From a virus, in IMG/VR virus record IMGVR_UViG_3300036770_005052, positions 1-64,000 of that record: a stretch of 64,000 bases of DNA. One strand, 5' to 3'. Position 1 is the first letter of the stretch, and the number at the start of each line of letters is the position of its first letter. Of this stretch, positions 55,742 to 64,000 are shown piece after piece. Both the position numbers and the translations under genes were made by a program. The notes under the pieces are model-generated. The model saw only the letters and a program-made list of their open reading frames with translations. It ran no database searches and was not told the origin of the DNA.

Positions 55742-56728
55742 ATGAATTTTGTAAAATTTGCTTTGGAAAATGGTGGAAGTATTCATCCTCTTTTAATACC
55801 ATCTTCAGAATTAAAGGGACCTGCTCTCACTAATCCTTCAATATACAATGATAATGGTAGGATTTTATTAAACTTAAGGAATATTAATTATACCCTATAC
55901 CATTCAGAAAAGAAAAAGTTTGAGCACCATTGGGGACCATTAGTTTATATTCATCCAGAAAATGATCTTCGTCTTCGCACAAAAAATATTATGTGTGAAG
56001 TTGATGATAATATGAATATTAAATGGTATAATCATATCGATACTTCAAGTTTTCCTGATAAAGAATTGTGGGAATTCGTTGGTCTTGAAGATGCTCGAAT
56101 TGTTCGATGGGATGGAAAACTCTATATTTGTGGTGTAAGAAGGGACTTAGAAACTACTGGTATAGGTAGAATGGAACTTTCTGAAATTGAAATCACAGGA
56201 AGTGGAGTTAAAGAACTTGCTCAATATAGGATTCCTACACCAGGTCATACTGGTAATGAAGGTTCTTATTGTGAAAAAAATTGGATGCCAATTCTTGACA
56301 TGCCATATCATTTTGTAAAATGGACAAATGGTACAGAAGTAGTTAAATATGATATTGAATCTAATAAAACAGAACAAGTTTTAGTTAAAAACTGGAGAGA
56401 TTTAGGTTGTATAGATTTACGGGGAGGATCTCAAGTAATTCCTATTGGTGTTTATCGTTTTTGTCTTAATCATGAAACTTATCTTTTCCGTAGTCCTGCA
56501 GACAGAAAAGATGGAACATATCGTCATAGATTTATAGTCTGGGATGAAAATTGGGATATTGTAAAAGTTTCCAAACAATTTGCATTCTTAAATGCTGAAG
56601 TAGAATTTGCAGTCGGGATGTGTGAATATAATGATGACTATTTGATTACTTTTGGTTTTCAAGATAATGCAGCTTATTTGTTAAAAGTTCCACAAAAATT
56701 TGTTTATGATTTCATTTTTGAAGACTAA
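55742..56728 (+). CDS. Five-bladed propeller GH130-like glycosidase/phosphorylase
   Basis: NPSI, GLEDARI, EKNWMP, RGGS, VEFAVG. Confidence 0.65.
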   Translation: MNFVKFALENGGSIHPLLIPSSELKGPALTNPSIYNDNGRILLNLRNINYTLYHSEKKKFEHHWGPLVYIHPENDLRLRTKNIMCEVDDNMNIKWYNHIDTSSFPDKELWEFVGLEDARIVRWDGKLYICGVRRDLETTGIGRMELSEIEITGSGVKELAQYRIPTPGHTGNEGSYCEKNWMPILDMPYHFVKWTNGTEVVKYDIESNKTEQVLVKNWRDLGCIDLRGGSQVIPIGVYRFCLNHETYLFRSPADRKDGTYRHRFIVWDENWDIVKVSKQFAFLNAEVEFAVGMCEYNDDYLITFGFQDNAAYLLKVPQKFVYDFIFED

Positions 56729-56752
56729 TAAAATAATTTTTTATATTTCTAT

Positions 56753-58456
56753 ATGAATATTTCTGTACTTTTTTTAAATTTATCTTCTAGAGATGTAATC
56801 TTAACTCATGATTTCATATTGAATGACTTGTTAAATGATTATGAAAAATCAATTTCATATTTAAATTCTGATCAAATAACGGATCAAAAATTTGATGTGC
56901 TTGTTTATAGTTGTAGAAATCCAACAATTGAAGTTCACTTTGGGTATGCTCCACCATTTGAAGTTGTTTTAGATGTGGTTAAAAAAGTAAAACCAAAAAT
57001 TATTATTCAATTGTCTGATGAATTTTGGCAAGAAAATAATAATATTCATAATTCTCTTGCTGATCATTGCAAGTTGTTTATAAAAGAACATTTCCATTGG
57101 AATCATTCTTATACTTCAAATACAATTCAAAAACCATTAGGTTACTTAAATGATTTTCCTGTTGACTTAGAAAATATTAAACCAATTAATGATAGGAAAT
57201 ATTTTTGGTCATGGGTTGGTTATTTAAAAGGTGATCGACAAGACATGATTAATAAATTCATGAGAATCTGGTATCATGTTTGTGCGTCTAATGGTGGATT
57301 AAGTAGACCTGAAATTCATGAACTTTATAGTAATTCTAAATTTGTTCCTATTGGTAGAGGAAATTCATCTGTAGATTGTTGGAGAATTTATGAAGCAATA
57401 GTTTGTGGTGCTATTCCTGTAATAGTATCTTATGAAGATGAAATAAACTGGTCTTTTCAATATAAAGAAAAACTTCCAGCAATATATGCTTCAAATTGGG
57501 ATGAAGCATCTGATATCTGTATACGATTATCAGATGATCCTGAAGCAATGTCTGCTAAGCAGGAAGAACTTTTAAATTGGTGGAAAAATACAATAGCATA
57601 TACTAAAGAAGAAATTAAAAAAGTATTTTATGAAACATCAATAACTGTCATATGTGCATGTAAAAATAGAGATCCTGCTTTAAAAGTTTCTCTTAGATCT
57701 TGGTTAAATTTTGATCAAATATCTGAGATTATTATCGTTGATTGGAGTTCTGATAATTCATTAGAATATTTAACGTCTTGGGATAAAAGAATTAAAGTAG
57801 TATCAGTACCTAATCAAAATTATTTTAACCAACCACAACCATTAAATTTGGCAACAAAATTAGCCGAAAGTAAATATATTCTCAAGCTTGATTGTGATTA
57901 TATCTTAAATCCCTATTTTAAATTTTTTGAAAATAAAGAATATTTAATTGATGATCAATCTTTTGTTTGTGGACAAAATACAGTTGATCGGGGATTTGAT
58001 CCTTATTACAAGTATCTTTTCGGATTCCTTTATGTTTCTAAATCGAACTTTATGAAAATAAACGGATTTTCTGAACGTTTTTGTAAATGGTATGCATCTG
58101 AAGATCAGGATATTATGATGAGATTAGAAAATCTGGGTCTGAAGAAAAGGGGAATGGATTATGATCATAACGTAATTCATATACCTCATTCAGATAAAAA
58201 ACGGACAGAAAATTTTGAAGCGACAGTAATTGAAAAAGAATATGAAGACGACATAAGAGAAAGAATGAAGCATAGGGGATTTGATGGTGAAGAATTGCAA
58301 TGGCAAACTGAATTTTCTCTAGCTCAAATGCATGTGAATGCAAATCAAGGATGGCTTTCTCAAATGGGAAATGATTATGTTTGTACGGATCCAATGACCG
58401 AATGGGATATTGAAAGGATAAATTCACAATATTATATTGCAAAGAAACATGAATAA
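56753..58456 (+). CDS. Exostosin-like (GT47) + GT2/GT7-like fusion
   Basis: PIGRGN..DCWRIYEA..CGAIPV; IIVDWSS, KLDCD, EDQD. Confidence 0.7.
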   Translation: MNISVLFLNLSSRDVILTHDFILNDLLNDYEKSISYLNSDQITDQKFDVLVYSCRNPTIEVHFGYAPPFEVVLDVVKKVKPKIIIQLSDEFWQENNNIHNSLADHCKLFIKEHFHWNHSYTSNTIQKPLGYLNDFPVDLENIKPINDRKYFWSWVGYLKGDRQDMINKFMRIWYHVCASNGGLSRPEIHELYSNSKFVPIGRGNSSVDCWRIYEAIVCGAIPVIVSYEDEINWSFQYKEKLPAIYASNWDEASDICIRLSDDPEAMSAKQEELLNWWKNTIAYTKEEIKKVFYETSITVICACKNRDPALKVSLRSWLNFDQISEIIIVDWSSDNSLEYLTSWDKRIKVVSVPNQNYFNQPQPLNLATKLAESKYILKLDCDYILNPYFKFFENKEYLIDDQSFVCGQNTVDRGFDPYYKYLFGFLYVSKSNFMKINGFSERFCKWYASEDQDIMMRLENLGLKKRGMDYDHNVIHIPHSDKKRTENFEATVIEKEYEDDIRERMKHRGFDGEELQWQTEFSLAQMHVNANQGWLSQMGNDYVCTDPMTEWDIERINSQYYIAKKHE

Positions 58457-60317
58457 ATTTAAAAATTTTCCTACTGCATATTACTTATCTTTAGAGGAAT
58501 CAATTGAACGTCAAAAAAATATTGAGAACGAATTTCTTAAATATAATATAAAATTAAATCCTATAATTTCAAAAAGATTTTCAGAATCTAATGATAAAAT
58601 TTTTGGAAAACATCTGAATCAATTAAATTCTGGAACAGCAGGATGTTGTGTTTCTCATCTCAAAGCAATTAAAGATTGGTATGATAATTATAATGACGAC
58701 TATGCCTTTTTTTGTGAGGATGATCTGTCATTAGAAACTGTAAAGTATTGGAATTTTTCTTGGGATCAATTTATTGAAAATGTTCCTAAAGATTATGATT
58801 GTATTCAGCTATTGACAATTCGTAAAAATTTTGATACATTTACAATACGTGAAAGATATTGGGATGATTGGGCTGCAACCGCATACATCATTAGAAGAGA
58901 GTATGCAAAAAAAATTATAGATACTTACATAAAGGAAGACACTTTTAATTTAGAAATACCAAATGTAGAAGTGATGCCCTTAATTGAAAATATTTTATTT
59001 ACTATAGGTAAAACATATACTATTCCTTTATTTGTGGAAAATACAGAATTTGATTCTACATTTTCCAAAGCACAAGATGATGATGTAAATGAAGGGCAAA
59101 AAAATAATCATAAGATAGCACATGATATTGTTTTAAATTATTGGAAATCTAAAATGAATACTAATTTATCAACATTATTAACTGAATTTTCATTAGATAC
59201 TGAAAATGCAATTAATAATTTTAATCTTGGAGTTTGGTATGAAAATAGTGGACATACTGCTCCTGCTTTATCTTATTTTTTAAGATGTGCAGAAAGATCT
59301 GATGATGATCATCTTGCATATGAAGCTTTGATTCGAGCTTCATATTGTTATGATAAACAAGGAACTAGAGATGGAAGTGCAAAGTCTTTGCTTGAACAAG
59401 CATTGTGTTTGTTACCTACTAGACCCGAAGCATACTTTCTTTTAAGTAGATTTGCAGAGAGGCGTCAATGGTGGCAAGACTGTTATATTCATGCCAATAA
59501 TGGATTAATGTTTGCTGAGCATGATTCTCATCCAGATTTAATTACTGATGTTGAATATCCCGGATATTATGGATTGCTTTTTGAAAAGGCAATTTCTGGA
59601 TGGTGGTGGGGTAAAAATGAAGAATGTAAAAATATTTTGTTAGATATCAAAGATAACTATACATTAAATGAAGTATATCAAAAAAGTGTTTATGATAATT
59701 TAAAAAAAATTGGAGTAGAAATTTTAGAAGAATCTTCTAATTATTTTCACAATGAGTATTTGAATGCATGTAATACACCTAGTGATATAAATGAAAATCT
59801 TCACATTCTTTTTGATCTTGCTAATGAATGTGAACATGTTACTGAATTTGGAGTAAGATCTGGTGTTAGTACTAGGGCATTTTTAAATACAAATGTATCT
59901 TTAAGATCATACGATTTGGAAAAAAATTCGGTCGTAACTGATCTGTTTGAGATGGCAAATAGTATTGGAAAAGATGCCAAGTACTATGAAGAAGATGTAT
60001 TAAATGTCGAAATTGAAGAAACTGATCTTCTGTTTTTTGATACTTGGCATCATTATGAACAGCTAAAGCAAGAGTTGAATAAACACTCCAGCAAAGTAAG
60101 GAAATATTTGGTTTTTCATGATACACATACTTATGCGATGTCTGGTGAGAAATGTTCTAATGCAAGTAGTGGAAATATATTAACAGATACTATTGAAAAT
60201 CCTGAAGGTTTATTGCCAGCAATTATAGAATTTATGGTGTCTAATTCAAATTGGATTTTTAAAGTTTATAAAAAAAATAATAATGGATTAATTGTTCTTG
60301 AAAAAAAAACTTTATGA
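58449..60317 (+). CDS. GT25 + TPR + methyltransferase fusion
   Basis: GCCVSH..CEDD; PTRPEAYF helical repeat; EFGVRSGVST, FDTWH. Confidence 0.72.
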   Translation: MNKFKNFPTAYYLSLEESIERQKNIENEFLKYNIKLNPIISKRFSESNDKIFGKHLNQLNSGTAGCCVSHLKAIKDWYDNYNDDYAFFCEDDLSLETVKYWNFSWDQFIENVPKDYDCIQLLTIRKNFDTFTIRERYWDDWAATAYIIRREYAKKIIDTYIKEDTFNLEIPNVEVMPLIENILFTIGKTYTIPLFVENTEFDSTFSKAQDDDVNEGQKNNHKIAHDIVLNYWKSKMNTNLSTLLTEFSLDTENAINNFNLGVWYENSGHTAPALSYFLRCAERSDDDHLAYEALIRASYCYDKQGTRDGSAKSLLEQALCLLPTRPEAYFLLSRFAERRQWWQDCYIHANNGLMFAEHDSHPDLITDVEYPGYYGLLFEKAISGWWWGKNEECKNILLDIKDNYTLNEVYQKSVYDNLKKIGVEILEESSNYFHNEYLNACNTPSDINENLHILFDLANECEHVTEFGVRSGVSTRAFLNTNVSLRSYDLEKNSVVTDLFEMANSIGKDAKYYEEDVLNVEIEETDLLFFDTWHHYEQLKQELNKHSSKVRKYLVFHDTHTYAMSGEKCSNASSGNILTDTIENPEGLLPAIIEFMVSNSNWIFKVYKKNNNGLIVLEKKTL

Positions 60318-61087
60318 ATAAAAAATCAATTCCTGTTATTGGAGTTCCGATTGTAAATGGAGTTCATTGGTTAAAAAGATTAATCGATAGTATTGATTAT
60401 CCAACAGATAATCTTTTTATTATCAATAATAATGGGAGAGATCAAATAACCAAAGAGTTAGATGATCTAACAAAGATCGATCACAAGTTTATAAAACAAA
60501 TAAAAGTTTGTCATCTTCCATCAAATATTGGTTGTAGCGGGGCTTGGAATTTAATCATTAAGTGTTATATGATGTGCCCATATTGGATTATTGCAAATCA
60601 TGATATTTGTTTTTCTCCTGGGCTTCTTGAAAACATGGTTAATAGTTCTGAAAATGAAGATATTGGAATTGTAAAGGGTAAAAAATTTCAATGGGATTTA
60701 TTCTTGATAAAGGATTTTGTAATTCAAGAGTGTGGTTTATTTGATGAAAATTTTTATCCAGCATATGTTGAAGATTGTGATTATCATATCAGATTAATGT
60801 TAAAAAATATTGAAACTTCGGTAGTAGATATTCCTTATTTACATGGAGATGTTGATTATGAAACTACTGGATCTCAAACTTGGAGAACCGATTATTCATT
60901 AAAGGAAAAATTAGATTATTCTCACGATTGTAATATGTATTATATTGCTGAAAAATGGGGTAGTAATTGGAGAGATTCTAATTGGGAATATCATCCATAT
61001 GATTATCCATATAATAATTCAAGTATACCAATTTCATATACTACTTACGATTTAAAATTTGTTCGTAGAAAAAATATTGGTTTTTAA
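60314..61087 (+). CDS. GT2-like glycosyltransferase
   Basis: NIGCSGAWN, ANHD, GLFDENFYPAYVEDCDY. Confidence 0.75.
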   Translation: MNKKSIPVIGVPIVNGVHWLKRLIDSIDYPTDNLFIINNNGRDQITKELDDLTKIDHKFIKQIKVCHLPSNIGCSGAWNLIIKCYMMCPYWIIANHDICFSPGLLENMVNSSENEDIGIVKGKKFQWDLFLIKDFVIQECGLFDENFYPAYVEDCDYHIRLMLKNIETSVVDIPYLHGDVDYETTGSQTWRTDYSLKEKLDYSHDCNMYYIAEKWGSNWRDSNWEYHPYDYPYNNSSIPISYTTYDLKFVRRKNIGF

Positions 61088-61109
61088 ATATATAATAAAA
61101 AATACAATT

Positions 61110-61346
61110 ATGAACTTTACTGTCTATTCAAAACCAGGTTGCCCATATTGTGATAAAGTAAAAGAAGTATTAAACTTGACAAAACAAACGTATGTGGTTT
61201 ATACTTTAAATGATAACTTTACCAAAGAAGAATTTTATGCAGAATTTGGTGAAGGATCAACATTCCCACAAGTTTTGTGTGATGATAAAAAAATAGGAGG
61301 TTGCGTTGACACGATCAAATTCCTCAAAGAAAATAAAATTGTCTAG
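61110..61346 (+). CDS. nrdC: Glutaredoxin
   Basis: CPYC, TFPQV, IGG. Confidence 0.9.
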   Translation: MNFTVYSKPGCPYCDKVKEVLNLTKQTYVVYTLNDNFTKEEFYAEFGEGSTFPQVLCDDKKIGGCVDTIKFLKENKIV

Positions 61347-61545
61347 TAAAGATATAAATAACTCAGAGTCCCATGATATTAATCGTGGGTTTGATATTAT
61401 ACTTAATGGAGGAAAGAAAAAGCAAACCAAACCGTTTCATATCATTTTCGAGAAAATGGTTTGCTTTCTCAATCGGGAGACGACCATTCATTTCGAGTTT
61501 TTCTTTAATACTAGAAAGAAATAAAGTAGTTTTCCGGAGAAACAC

Positions 61546-61770
61546 ATGTTAGCACCCAGCTTAGTATTTGGTTCATTTTTAACCATATTATTTTTTATAG
61601 TTGGACTATTAGCGGGATGGGTTGCCAGAGAGTATATGTTAAATTATCAGGAAGTTCCGAAAATGCATCCTGAATTTTATGATAATCATGGGAATGTTAT
61701 TCCCGACGAAGTAATTGCATTTAGATTTGATAATAACTATGACTACGATGACACAGAAGACGAAGAATAA
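61546..61770 (+). CDS. Small membrane protein
   Basis: One TM helix followed by HPEFYD..GN.IPDE. Confidence 0.7.
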   Translation: MLAPSLVFGSFLTILFFIVGLLAGWVAREYMLNYQEVPKMHPEFYDNHGNVIPDEVIAFRFDNNYDYDDTEDEE

Positions 61771-62359
61771 CGTCTCAGCACAAAAAGAAAAAATTAATTC
61801 AAAAAAGGTAGTTGTTGAAAAACCAATTACCGAACTTCCTGCAAATCCATTTGCATTTGAAGTTTTAAATTTAATTTCCAAACAAAGAAGTAATTCTAAA
61901 AAAATTGAACTTTTAACGAAGTATTCTGACGATTCTTTAAAAACTATTTTTATTTGGAATTTTGATGAGAGTATTATTTCGCTTCTTCCTCCAGGAGAAG
62001 TTCCATATTCTAGCGTAAGTGAACAAAATTCTTTCAGTGGAACAATCAGTGATAAAATTAGTGATGCTGTTGGAAAAATGAATGAAATGGGATCTGCATC
62101 ATTGGGATCTCAAGATCAAGGATACTCTTCTATTCGTAAAGAATATTCTAAATTTTACAATTTTGTAAAAGGTGGTAATGATAGCTTGAGTTCTCTTCGT
62201 AGAGAAACAATGTTTATCAACATTTTGCAAGGATTGCATCCTCTTGAAGCTGAAATACTTTGTTTGGTTAAAGATAAGAAATTAGAAACAAAATATAAAA
62301 TTACAAAAGAAATTGTTTCACAAGCTTACCCAGATATTATTTGGGGTGGAAGATCTTGA
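61748..62359 (+). CDS. Conserved T4-like cyanophage protein
   Basis: SLLPPGEVPY...RRETMFINILQGLHP.EAE. Confidence 0.75.
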   Translation: MTQKTKNNVSAQKEKINSKKVVVEKPITELPANPFAFEVLNLISKQRSNSKKIELLTKYSDDSLKTIFIWNFDESIISLLPPGEVPYSSVSEQNSFSGTISDKISDAVGKMNEMGSASLGSQDQGYSSIRKEYSKFYNFVKGGNDSLSSLRRETMFINILQGLHPLEAEILCLVKDKKLETKYKITKEIVSQAYPDIIWGGRS

Positions 62360-62700
62360 GGAAAGAATTAGTAAAAACTAAGGAGGAACTTGATGTTGTG
62401 GAATGGACAACTGAAGAAAAAACAAATTTACCTCCTAAGTATGGATGTCAGATTTTAGTTGAAAATGCCTCATATGAAGAACAAAGAGATACTTCTTTTC
62501 CTACTGATGCACATTTAGTATATTACATTGTAAATGAAAAATCCTATGTTGATGTGTGCAGGGGAACTAGAGTAAAAATTTTTGATTTGTATTATGATAA
62601 ATTTGGTTCTGGTGCAATCAAAAAAATATATTGGGGATATGGGAGAGTTAATCCTAAAATTTGGGGATATAAAGCACCCGAAAAGAAAAAAAGAAAGTAA
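62341..62700 (+). CDS. Conserved cyanophage hypothetical protein (start uncertain)
   Basis: KIFDLYYDKFG...WGYGRVNPKIWG. Confidence 0.65.
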   Translation: MGWKILRKELVKTKEELDVVEWTTEEKTNLPPKYGCQILVENASYEEQRDTSFPTDAHLVYYIVNEKSYVDVCRGTRVKIFDLYYDKFGSGAIKKIYWGYGRVNPKIWGYKAPEKKKRK

Positions 62701-62760
62701 TTTTCCAAAAGCTGGAAAAAAAATTCGCCAAAATTTTTTCGCACGAAGGTTTTTTAAAAT

Positions 62761-62813
62761 TGTAACATCTTATACATAAAAAGCTTGCTATATAGATTGA
62801 ATAGGGTTATAAT
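62761..62813 (+). promoter_or_regulatory. NtcA box and sigma70 promoter
   Basis: TGTA-N8-TACA at 62761-62776; TTGCTA(62785)-17-TATAAT(62808). Confidence 0.7.
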
Positions 62814-62823
62814 AATCCTCTAA

Positions 62824-63035
62824 CGTTCATCCCTTTGGGACGGAAGTAAGCCGACTCGGAACGGATCGTTCATCTATGGAAACACTCATTCTGACATGCT
62901 TACAAGCACACTTAATTGCTGGGAGAGTTCATCAACAGAACATTTCCAAACAGGTAAAGAATGATTTAATTTGGGAAATAAAACAGATCTCTCCAAAGGA
63001 GTGTAAAATAGACGCAAAAGCCGACTGAAGGAACG
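62824..63035 (+). ncRNA. Tandem glutamine riboswitch (glnA-motif) aptamers
   Basis: Aptamer 1 CGUUCA-UCCC/GGGA-CGGAAGUAAGCCGACUCG-GAACG (62824-62863); aptamer 2 CGUUCA-UCUAU/AUAGA-CGCAAAAGCCGACUGAAG-GAACG (62867-63035). Confidence 0.8.
62876..63028 (+). CDS. 50-aa ORF nested in the second aptamer
   Basis: METLILTCLQAHLIAGRVHQQNISKQVKNDLIWEIKQISPKECKIDAKAD*. Confidence 0.55.
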   Translation: METLILTCLQAHLIAGRVHQQNISKQVKNDLIWEIKQISPKECKIDAKAD

Positions 63036-63067
63036 CTCTTTAACCTAAACCATTAAGGAGAAACCTA

Positions 63068-63202
63068 ATGTCTAAAGTCGTATATCGCGGTGTCGAATAT
63101 GATACCGAAGTTCGTCGCCAGCAACAGCAGGCACAACAGCAACCCCAACAATACAACGAAACCTATCGTGGTGTTAAGTTTGTGAAGGAGGGGCAAAAAT
63201 GA
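63068..63202 (+). CDS. DUF4278-like small protein, Gln-rich
   Basis: Two YRGV motifs around QQQQAQQQPQQ; AAGGAG RBS. Confidence 0.82.
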   Translation: MSKVVYRGVEYDTEVRRQQQQAQQQPQQYNETYRGVKFVKEGQK

Positions 63203-63300
63203 ATACTTACTTCGTTCGATATTTAAAAAGAAAAGCAAAGAAGGAACAACTCCTTCATAATGCACAACTGAATATGGCAAAGCAACCACAAATTGCTTGA
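63199..63300 (+). CDS. 33-aa basic peptide
   Basis: ATGA overlap; MNTYFVRYLKRKAKKEQLLHNAQLNMAKQPQIA. Confidence 0.55.
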   Translation: MNTYFVRYLKRKAKKEQLLHNAQLNMAKQPQIA

Positions 63301-63303
63301 TTT

Positions 63304-63332
63304 GGGAGGGGACTTGATCCCCTCTTTTTTTT
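63304..63332 (+). terminator. Intrinsic terminator
   Basis: GAGGGGA-CTTGA-TCCCCTC + T run. Confidence 0.8.
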
Positions 63333-63363
63333 ATGCTAAAATGAATTGAAGTAACTATAAAGT

Positions 63364-63516
63364 ATGGACAAAGAAAAACTAAAACTTATTGTTCGTAATC
63401 TTGAATTACTGATTGATTCTTTGAAAGTAGAAATTTACTCTGATACTTCTGCATCTAAAGCACCAAAAAGAGTTATTGATGATTATGACGAAATTTTCGA
63501 GGAATATGACAACTAG
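63364..63516 (+). CDS. Conserved cyanophage hypothetical protein
   Basis: MDKEKLKLIVRNLELLIDSLK.EIYSD. Confidence 0.7.
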   Translation: MDKEKLKLIVRNLELLIDSLKVEIYSDTSASKAPKRVIDDYDEIFEEYDN

Positions 63517-63676
63517 TAGAGCAAAAAAACTGGTTAAACTTCTGGAAAGAATGTTGAAACAAGATCATCTATTTTCAGAAGAGCAACTGGTAGAAATCAA
63601 ACAACAAATGCGAGTAGTAAAACAAGAACTTGCAGAATTTGAGACACAAACATCAAAAGGATTTGGAAAGAAATGA
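63506..63676 (+). CDS. Hypothetical protein
   Basis: Ends KGFGKK; coupled to thyX. Confidence 0.65.
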   Translation: MTTSRAKKLVKLLERMLKQDHLFSEEQLVEIKQQMRVVKQELAEFETQTSKGFGKK

Positions 63677-64000
63677 AACCCATTAAAGCAAAAGACCTTC
63701 TTGAACTGGATAAAAGACTTGAAGTTGTAAAACTTCAGGGATACCCAATCCCAGAACAAGTTATTTGGCAGGCAGGAAAGGGCGATTATTCTGAAGTTCC
63801 GATTCATAATGTTCCAGTTCCCAACCATCATGAATGTGGTCAGTGGATTGTTGAACAATTGTTAGCTAATGAGAGGGGGCATTGGGGTCCAATTGAGCAC
63901 CCTGGCATTACTTTTTCTTGTGCTGGATTTGTTCATAATGTTATCGTTCAGGCAAGAACTCATCGTATCGGAACCAGTTGGGATGTTCAGTCTCAGCGTT
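63673..64000 (+). CDS. thyX: FAD-dependent thymidylate synthase (partial, 5' end)
   Basis: GHWGPIEHP..F....F.H....QARTHRIG.SWDVQSQR signature. Confidence 0.9.
   Translation, partial: MKPIKAKDLLELDKRLEVVKLQGYPIPEQVIWQAGKGDYSEVPIHNVPVPNHHECGQWIVEQLLANERGHWGPIEHPGITFSCAGFVHNVIVQARTHRIGTSWDVQSQR

Noticed and set aside
60298-60317. A-run (GAA AAA AAA ACT TTA TGA) as a -1 frameshift into the GT2 gene
   Set aside because: The frame would fit, but I see no SD-like or hairpin stimulator. The next gene has an ordinary ATGA coupled start, and A-runs are common here.

Overview
This AT-rich window comes from a large T4-like cyanomyovirus, probably a freshwater Synechococcus/Cyanobium-type phage. The evidence is psbA, hli genes, TATAAATA late promoters, cyanobacterial-type thyX and glutaredoxin. 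From left to right it holds: (1) virion and lysis genes (C39 peptidase, GH24 lysozyme, secreted lysozyme); (2) an array of 24 tRNAs covering all 20 amino acids, interleaved with non-tRNA structured RNAs and two HNH genes; (3) an SLH-porin and Dps; (4) a first glycan operon (gmd, fcl, GT11, GT6, GT25s, epimerase, and a nucleotidyltransferase-HAD-DeoD trio); (5) hli genes and psbA split by a 210-nt group I intron, with a free-standing EndoVII-type endonuclease downstream; (6) a 2074-aa Gly-X-Gln collagen-like fibre and three glycine-rich proteins built from 7-repeat beta-propeller cassettes; (7) a second glycosyltransferase cluster; (8) an NtcA box and tandem glutamine riboswitch locus before thyX. 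The main new-looking signals are: a complete -1 frameshift signal that would fuse the C39 peptidase to the lysozyme; a 50-codon ORF nested inside the second glutamine aptamer; two tRNAs sharing a co-varying non-canonical tertiary core; several pseudoknotted RNAs between tRNAs, including a tRNA-like RNA with two T-arms; and propeller modules nested inside one another. All calls come from reading the sequence by eye. No searches were run.
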